A stretch of 54,499 nt of DNA from assembly GCA_016208745.1 (NCBI GenBank), contig JACQXN010000017.1, positions 1-54,499 on the forward strand. The letters run 5' to 3'. Shown here piece by piece: positions 8,970 to 14,656 of the stretch. The position numbers were made by a program, and so were the translations under genes. Within the stretch, counting starts at the first letter, position 1, and each line of letters begins with the position of its first letter. Source of the stretch: Candidatus Portnoybacteria bacterium. Lineage in GTDB: Bacteria; Patescibacteriota; Minisyncoccia; Portnoybacterales; GWB1-42-6. The notes under the pieces are model-generated. The model ran no database searches, was not told the origin of the DNA, and worked only from the letters and a program-made list of their open reading frames with translations.

Positions 8970-9040
8970 CTGCCGGGCCTGGACTCGAACCAGGATTAAC
9001 AGATCCAGAGTCTGTCGTCCTACCATTAGACGACCCGGCA
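8970..9040 (-). tRNA. tRNA-Gln (anticodon CUG)
   Basis: Hand-folded. Acceptor TGCCGGG/CCCGGCA (U1-A72, as in bacterial tRNA-Gln), D arm GTCTAATGGTAGGAC, anticodon arm ACAGA-CTCTGGA-TCTGT, T arm CCTGG-TTCGAGT-CCAGG. No encoded CCA. Confidence 0.85.
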
Positions 9041-9082
9041 GCTATGGGCGGGACTGCGCCGCGTGGCGTCCGCCGGGAGGAC

Positions 9083-9994
9083 TTACGCTCTCAAATATCT
9101 CCTAATCGCTATTGCGCTGCTAATACAACCAAGCGCCACGCCAACAATAATTAAAAGCGCGATGATTTGCCAGATATTGGCCTCAAAAAAATACAGTAAA
9201 TCAACTTCCGGCAAGAAAGAAGTTATTTTTGGCGAAACAAGGTAAAGAAGCGGATAAGAAATTATTAAAGAAGCCAAAGCCGCTAAAAGGCCGTAAATCA
9301 CGCCTTCAACTAAAAATGGCCCCCTGATATACCAATTTCCAGCGCCAACCAACCGCATAACCGAAATTTCGTCCTTCCAGTTATACATTGTTAACCTGAT
9401 AGTGTTAAATGTTACAAAAATAGCCATCAAAGCCAGAATCAGGCTAGCCGCGATGCCGCCTGTTCCGATATTGGCGGCCAAGCTGGAAACTCTCTCAATC
9501 ACTTCTTTGTTTTGGTGATAATTAATTTTATCAACCATTGATTTATATTCATCCTTCTCCAAGAAGCTAACGATGCCTTGATATTGGGAAGCCGTATGTG
9601 ATTTTATATTTAAACTTGCCTGAAGCGGATTGTCGTTTAGCTCGGCAATGCTTTGCATCAATATTTCGTTATCGTCATGCTTTTCTCTAAAGCTTTCTAG
9701 AGCGTCCTCTCGAGAAATATAATTAACCGCTTCAACTTCGGGCAAGTCAACCAGATGTTTGCGTAAGTCCAAAATATCATCTTCTGGCGTTTGGGTATGA
9801 AAATAGGCGCTGATATCAACTTTGTTTTGTAAATTTGCGACGACTGACTGAGAAACCACATTTAAAAGCACTAAAGCCGTGATAACGGATAAGGTTAAGA
9901 ATATTACCGAAATCGTGGCAATTGAAAGCCATGAATTTCGCCAGAAATTCTGAAAGCCGGTTTTTAAAATACGGATTAGATTGGTTTTAAACAT
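9083..9994 (-). CDS. ftsX: Cell-division permease-like protein FtsX
   Basis: TM1, a large periplasmic domain and three C-terminal TM helices. It lies downstream of ftsE. Confidence 0.8.
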   Translation of the reverse strand: MFKTNLIRILKTGFQNFWRNSWLSIATISVIFLTLSVITALVLLNVVSQSVVANLQNKVDISAYFHTQTPEDDILDLRKHLVDLPEVEAVNYISREDALESFREKHDDNEILMQSIAELNDNPLQASLNIKSHTASQYQGIVSFLEKDEYKSMVDKINYHQNKEVIERVSSLAANIGTGGIAASLILALMAIFVTFNTIRLTMYNWKDEISVMRLVGAGNWYIRGPFLVEGVIYGLLAALASLIISYPLLYLVSPKITSFLPEVDLLYFFEANIWQIIALLIIVGVALGCISSAIAIRRYLRA

Positions 9995-10000
9995 AGACCT

Positions 10001-10164
10001 AGAAAATTTCTAATTAACCTAAATTCTAATTGATCTAAATAATTTCCAATACCCAATATCCAATTTCCAATGAAATGTCTAATGCCTAAATGTCCAATAT
10101 TTTATTTTTTTGACATTGGGCATTGGGATTTTTATTAGAAATTAGGGATTAGGAATTAGGAATT
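10001..10164. repeat. Long AT-rich 'word' hairpin (ctaatt/ccaat words on the left, attgg/aattagg words on the right) between ftsE and ftsX
   Basis: aaaatttctaattaacctaaattctaatt... pairs with ...attagaaattagggattaggaattaggaatttt. The inner tctaatgcctaaatgtc pairs with gacattgggcattggga. Confidence 0.7.
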
Positions 10165-10845
10165 TTAAAGTATGTATCTTCCTTTCTCTTCGTCTCTTAT
10201 CAACTTCCCTTTGTCTAAAGTTATCACCCTTCGGCCAAGATTGTTTATCACTTCGCGGTTATGAGTGGCTAAAATTATTGTTGTTCCAAGTTCGTTAATT
10301 TTTAATAACAGCTTAACAATATCCCAGGTGTTTAACAAATCCAGATTGCCTGTCGGCTCATCAGCTAAAATAACCGAGGGCCGATGAATTAAGGCGCGAG
10401 CTATGGCCACGCGCTGTTTTTCACCGCCAGAAAGATGATTAGGAAAATATTCAGCTTTATCGGCCAAACCGACAACGTCTAAAACTTGCGGCACATCCTG
10501 TTTTATCTCATCATTGGTGCCGCCAACCACCTCCATGGCAAAAGCCACGTTCTCATAGATGGTTCTATTGGCTAATAACCTAAAATCCTGAAAAACCATT
10601 CCGATTTTTCTTCTGATGGCCGGCAAGTCTTTAGGCTTAACCAAACTAAGATTCTGTTTATCTAAAAACACTTTTCCTTGCGTTGGTTTCTCTTCGCAGA
10701 TTAGAAGCTTAAGCAGGGTTGATTTTCCCGCGCCAGAAGGCCCGGCTAAAGAAATGAATTCTTTTGCCTTAATGCGCAAATTGATATCTTCTAAAGCCGC
10801 GCAGTTGCCGTTATAAATTTTTGAAACACTGTCAAAGTGAATCAT
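10165..10845 (-). CDS. ftsE: Cell-division ABC ATPase FtsE
   Basis: Walker A GPSGAGKST, signature LSGGEKQR, Walker B ILADEPTGNLD. Confidence 0.9.
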   Translation of the reverse strand: MIHFDSVSKIYNGNCAALEDINLRIKAKEFISLAGPSGAGKSTLLKLLICEEKPTQGKVFLDKQNLSLVKPKDLPAIRRKIGMVFQDFRLLANRTIYENVAFAMEVVGGTNDEIKQDVPQVLDVVGLADKAEYFPNHLSGGEKQRVAIARALIHRPSVILADEPTGNLDLLNTWDIVKLLLKINELGTTIILATHNREVINNLGRRVITLDKGKLIRDEEKGRYIL

Positions 10846-10904
10846 GCCAATGTTGTTAAAATTTTCAAGCTCAATGCGTAGAAAATTTTGCTACAACATT
10901 GAGC

Positions 10905-11004
10905 ACCCCGTTAGATAAAGACTAAGTTTTTTATGTTAATCTTCCTTGATTTTATATTTGAACTCTTTATCTTAAAAGATAGTTAGCCCTTATCTAACGG
11001 GGTA
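10905..11004. repeat. Stem accccgttagataa ... ttatctaacggggt enclosing ~70 nt (the 'ccccgttagata' family)
   Basis: 14-bp complementary arms. Related hairpins occur at 12763-12792 and 24417-24450. Confidence 0.6.
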
Positions 11005-11025
11005 GAGGTTTTGTTACAAAAATTC

Positions 11026-12184
11026 CTACGGCTTCGCCTTGTAATTTTTGACAAAACTCTCTATAAATTCATCTAATCCCCCGTCTAAAACTCTTTCTGG
11101 CTGACGGCTTTCAATCTCTGTTCTGTGATCTTTAACCATTTTATACGGATGCAAGACATAAGAACGGATTTGCGCGCCCCATTCAGCTGTTCCCTCGCTT
11201 ATTTTTACGTTTGAACGGATTTTTTGCTTCTCTTTTTCCTGCTTTTTTAATTCCAGCTGATAGAGCTTGCTATAAAGAATCTTCATTGCCTGCTCTTTGT
11301 TGGCTGCTTGTGAACGCTCGCTTTGGCAGGCAACCGCAATGCCGGTCGGCTCATGAGTTAAACGAACAGCTGATTCTGTTTTATTGACATATTGTCCGCC
11401 CGGGCCAGAAGAACGAAAAGTGTCAACTCTTAAATCTTTTGGGTCAATTGAGATTTCGGGCGCTTTATCAAATTCAGGCAGAACTTCGACCAAGGCAAAA
11501 GAGGTATGGCGTAAATTATTAGCATTAAATGGCGATAAACGAACCAGCCTATGAACGCCCGCCTCGCCTTTTAAATATCCATAGGCATACTGGCCTTTAA
11601 CTTCTATGGTCACGTTTTTTATACCCGCTTCCTGGCCGGCGTGAATATGTAAAACTTTAGCCAAAAAATTATGCGATTCAGCATAACGAAGATACATCCG
11701 CAAAAGCATTTCAGCCCAGTCCTGCGCTTCGGTCCCGCCCGCGCCGCTATAAATTGATAAAAGAGCACTGCCTGAATCGTATTTTTCGGGGAGAAAAGTG
11801 GCCAACTCTTCTCTGCTAACTATTTTTTCTAGTTCCAGGTATTTTTTTTCAATTTCTTTTTCTAGGTTCTGCTCCCCCCTTTTTAAAGGGGGGGTGAGGG
11901 GGATTTTCTCTTTAGATTCTTCGGTTTCCACTAACTCCGCCAACTCCGCTAAATCATTTAATTCCTTATCTATTTTTTCCCATCTCTCCCTTTCTTCTTT
12001 CAGAATGTTGACTTCCTGCGAGGCCTCTTTAGCTTTTTCTTGGTCTTGCCAAAAGTCTGGCTGCCCCATTAGACTCTCCAATTCCTTAATTTTACTCTCT
12101 TTTGACGTCAAATCAAAGAAAGTCCGCGATCTTTTGGAGGCGGTTTTTTAAATCTTCTAGTTTCTTTGGCAAATTCTCTATCAT
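11026..12184 (-). CDS. prfB: Peptide chain release factor 2 with a programmed +1 frameshift (ORF0 12184-12116; shift at CTT TGA T; ORF1 from 12114)
   Basis: ORF0 is MIENLPKKLEDLKNRLQKIADFL-stop. The +1 frame continues DLTSKESKIKELESLMGQPDFWQD, collinear with the E. coli RF2 junction (...GYL / [23 protein letters not shown]). The SPF tripeptide region and GGQ (SGPGGQYVNKTESAVR) are present. Confidence 0.9.
11871..11905. repeat. GGAGGG/CCCTCC hairpin repeat inserted in-frame in prfB
   Basis: gctcccccctttttaaagggggggtgagggggatttt is the same ~35-nt unit as at 20625-20660 and 25664-25700. It is translated as KIPLTPPLKRGEQ. Confidence 0.7.
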
Positions 12185-12223
12185 ATTACGCCCTAATTAT
12201 ATGATATCGGGCTAAAAAATACA

Positions 12224-12258
12224 ACAAAGAAAAACTCCCCAAATAATATCCGGGGAGC
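12224..12258 (-). terminator. Rho-independent terminator after the 12283-12690 gene
   Basis: Minus sense reads ctccccggatattatttggggag followed by tttttctttg. Confidence 0.65.
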
Positions 12259-12282
12259 TAATAGAAAATCAGAAATGGCGCG

Positions 12283-12690
12283 CTAGTCCAGTGAGTTAGC
12301 GAACGCGCAACGAGAATTCCAGGCTTCTATATGACCATCGAAGGTACTTTTTTCCATCGTGACTACTTTGAAAAAATTAAAGTCTTTTCGTCTTAAATCC
12401 TGGCCCTCACAAAGACTCCGGAAAAGATCTTTTAAAAATGGCCCGGGCAAATCTGATCCCTTGCCGTCTTCAAGAAGGATAATCAATTCAATCGGCCCTG
12501 CTTTGGGAAATTTGAATGCAATCTTACCGGCTAGACCGTGTTTTTCCGCAATTTTTACGCATAGATTTCTGGTTAGTCCTCCTGATAATTCCAATTCGTA
12601 CTCTTCTTTCAGCTTCTTCTCTTCTGCTTTTAGCCTTCTTTCTTCTGCCGCCTGTCTTGCCGCCGATAGCACTATTTTTAAAAAACCCAT
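12283..12690 (-). CDS. Hypothetical protein (135 aa from the internal ATG)
   Basis: The ATG at 12690 is preceded by aaaggaggtaacgag (strong SD). The longer ORF-track start at 12765 lacks one. No family recognised. Confidence 0.4.
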   Translation of the reverse strand: MGFLKIVLSAARQAAEERRLKAEEKKLKEEYELELSGGLTRNLCVKIAEKHGLAGKIAFKFPKAGPIELIILLEDGKGSDLPGPFLKDLFRSLCEGQDLRRKDFNFFKVVTMEKSTFDGHIEAWNSRCAFANSLD

Positions 12691-12842
12691 CTCGTTACCT
12701 CCTTTTTTTAATTGTATTATATCTCGGGACAAACAAAATACAAGAGCCAACGGTCGGAATTTCACCCCGCTAGATTAGATTATCTAACGGGACAAACCGA
12801 CGACTCGTTGTCGCAAAATGATAAGCTACTTCATCCCGCCAG

Positions 12843-12885
12843 AGCCGGAGGTGAGATTCGAACTCACGACCTATGCTTTACGAAA
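12843..12885 (-). pseudogene. Orphan 3' half of a tRNA-Thr(CGU)-like gene (anticodon loop to discriminator)
   Basis: TTCGTAA-AGCAT-AGGTC-GTGAG-TTCGAAT-CTCAC-CTCCGGC-T. No matching 5' acceptor, D arm or 5' anticodon-stem strand lies upstream. Confidence 0.5.
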
Positions 12886-12898
12886 TCCGCCAATTATG

Positions 12899-12970
12899 AG
12901 CCGGGAAGAGGATTTGAACCTCCAACCTATGGTTTACGATACCATTGCTCTACCATTGAGCTATCCCGGC
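12899..12970 (-). tRNA. tRNA-Thr (anticodon CGU)
   Basis: Hand-folded. GCCGGGA / GCTC-AATGGTA-GAGC / ATGGT-ATCGTAA-ACCAT / AGGTT / GGAGG-TTCAAAT-CCTCT / TCCCGGC-T. Confidence 0.85.
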
Positions 12971-13031
12971 GGATCTACCGACTGTCAGCCAAAGGCTGAT
13001 CCGCCTCTGGCGGAAGCTTACGCTGACGAAA

Positions 13032-13343
13032 CTAAATAATCACCTGTATTAAAAACACAATTATCGTCAAAATTAAGAGATAGCCAACCGTATAAGATAG
13101 CAATTTCACGGCGTCTGATTTTGAACCGCCCAAATACAAAAAAACTGGCCGGCCAAGAACTAAGGCACCAACAATTGTCGCTGATAAAACAAACAAAAGC
13201 AATAGAGCCACCGGTCCTAAAAAATTATTCATCTTGCCAAAGATTTTTTCGCCATTAAACATAATCCAGGCGACTATTAAAATGTAAACAAACGCGCCAA
13301 GAGAATTTATTGCCCCCCAAAGCGCAAGTTTTGAGTTTTTCAT
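13032..13343 (-). CDS. Small integral membrane protein (103 aa, about 3 TM helices)
   Basis: Hydrophobic ORF translation only. Confidence 0.45.
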   Translation of the reverse strand: MKNSKLALWGAINSLGAFVYILIVAWIMFNGEKIFGKMNNFLGPVALLLLFVLSATIVGALVLGRPVFLYLGGSKSDAVKLLSYTVGYLLILTIIVFLIQVII

Positions 13344-13366
13344 AGATTTTTATTTAAAAATTATAG

Positions 13367-13437
13367 AGCGGGATACCAGAATCGGACTGGCGGCTCTTCC
13401 TTGGGAAGGAAGCGTATTGCCACTATACTAATCCCGC
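13367..13437 (-). tRNA. tRNA-Gly (anticodon CCC)
   Basis: Hand-folded. GCGGGAT / GTAT-AGTGGCA-ATAC / CTTCC-TTCCCAA-GGAAG / AGCC / GCCAG-TCCGATT-CTGGT / ATCCCGC-T. The T loop is non-canonical (TCC instead of TTC). Confidence 0.75.
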
Positions 13438-13490
13438 ATTTTTTACTGAAATGAATTTTTTATCGCGCCTGTGAAAAATTTTTTATTTCC

Positions 13491-13705
13491 TCTCTTGTCT
13501 GGCAAAAATTTCGATTTTTAATTCCGTCTTGCATCTGAAAATTTTGCCAGAAAATAGGGACGAGCGAGTCCTAAGAAAATCGTCGACCGACCCGCCCAAG
13601 GCGGGGAGTTTAGGAGACGATTTTCTAGATGAGCGAGCCCATATTTTCTCAAAATTTTCAGTGCAAAGCGCTTTTTCCGCCGCTTTTTGGCGCCAAAAAA
13701 GCGGC
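13491..13705. repeat. ~190-nt composite structured repeat, copy A (core 13528-13705, preceded by a 5' fragment)
   Basis: Outer stem cttgcatctgaaaattttg..agaaaata / tattttctcaaaattttcagtgcaaag and inner stem aagaaaatcgtc / gacgattttct. The apex ends gagtttaggag. A trailing hairpin gccgctttttgg-cg-ccaaaaaagcggc follows. Confidence 0.75.
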
Positions 13706-13730
13706 TTTGGGTTACCGCCAAATGGCGGCA

Positions 13731-14177
13731 TTATCTAAAAAAATACTTAAACCACTTAACTATATTTAATTCTTTTTTCGTCTCTGATTCTGTCTGCGAT
13801 AAGTTTTTAGACTGATTTCTTTGCGCTTGCGCCAAATCCTGCGGGGAAATGGCGTCGCCTAAGGTTGTGGTTGCGTCTTTTAGCGGTTCAATTATCACCA
13901 CTTCTTCGCCTTCTTTTCTTAAATTAAGTTTTTCCCGCGCTTCTTTTTCCAAAAAACTTTGACTGCCAAAATATTCCAGCAATTTTGAAATTTCCTGATT
14001 ATTCTCTTGCGACTGCTCAATCTGCGCCTTTAGACTCTGTGTTTCTTTATTAAGTTCGTATTTTTTATAAAACACATTAACCAGATTAACAATCAACCAG
14101 ATAAAACCAAGCAACAGCAAAAAAAGCGTGATTTTTGAACTTAAAATCTTCTTGATATTCCCTTCTTGGTCTGGCAT
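13731..14177 (-). CDS. FtsB/DivIC-like septum formation initiator (tentative)
   Basis: Single N-terminal TM helix followed by a coiled-coil (KKYELNKETQSLKAQIEQSQENNQEI). Assigned from architecture only. Confidence 0.4.
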   Translation of the reverse strand: MPDQEGNIKKILSSKITLFLLLLGFIWLIVNLVNVFYKKYELNKETQSLKAQIEQSQENNQEISKLLEYFGSQSFLEKEAREKLNLRKEGEEVVIIEPLKDATTTLGDAISPQDLAQAQRNQSKNLSQTESETKKELNIVKWFKYFFR

Positions 14178-14310
14178 ATGATATGATTAATCTATTATGA
14201 AAAAATCTTTTGTTAAAACAATTTGGATAATTCTTATCAGCTTAGTTGTACTAAGCATGGTCTTTTTAACCCTCGCCCCGTTATTTGGATAATAATACAG
14301 AACGGCTCTA

Positions 14311-14646
14311 TTTGGCAAAAATCTCAATCAAGCGTGCTTGATTTTTAATTTATCCTCGCATCTGAAAATTTTGACTTCTTTTCTTCTTGCCTGACAAAAA
14401 TTTCGATTTTTAATTCCGTCTTGCATCTGAAATTTTTAACTCTTGATTTATTCTTGCATCGAAAAATTTTGTAAGAAAATTGAGATGAGCGAGGCGTAAA
14501 AAATTGGCGACGGAGGAGTGAAGCGACGAGTTTAGGAGCTAATTTTTAGATGAGCGAATCCCTGCCTGGCGGCAGACAGGCAATTTTTTCAAAATTTTAT
14601 CGCTGCAAGTAATCTTTTGGTTGCTTTTCTGTTAGCAGAAAAGCAA
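14311..14646. repeat. ~190-nt composite structured repeat, copy B (core 14453-14646) plus upstream partial units
   Basis: The core has the same architecture as copies A, C and D, and its apex cgacggaggagtgaagcgacgagtttaggag is identical to copy D. 14387-14436 is near-identical to 13494-13545. Confidence 0.75.
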
Positions 14647-14656
14647 CAAGAAAAAA

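Noticed and set aside
8837-9245. ORFs 8837-9154 and 9063-9245 (+), and similarly 12712-13039 (+)
   Set aside because: They overlap tRNA-Gln, tRNA-Thr and their GC-rich flanks, and run antisense to ftsX. The arginine/proline/glycine-rich translations come from tRNA and hairpin sequence.
12886-12900. CTCATAA just downstream of tRNA-Thr, which looks like a tRNA-Met anticodon loop
   Set aside because: No stems or arms can be built around it. It is simply the spacer between tRNA-Thr and the orphan 3' half.
13483-13738. Three overlapping ORFs (82, 67 and 69 aa) on both strands
   Set aside because: They lie entirely within copy A of the ~190-nt palindromic repeat. The palindromic DNA generates mirror ORFs on both strands, and equivalent positions in copies B to D are not open.
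14311-14470. Possible CRISPR-like array, because cttgcatctgaaaatttt-type units recur four times
   Set aside because: The spacing is irregular (about 80, 45 and 23 nt) and the units are degenerate. They are 5' fragments of the larger structured repeat, and there are no cas genes in the window.
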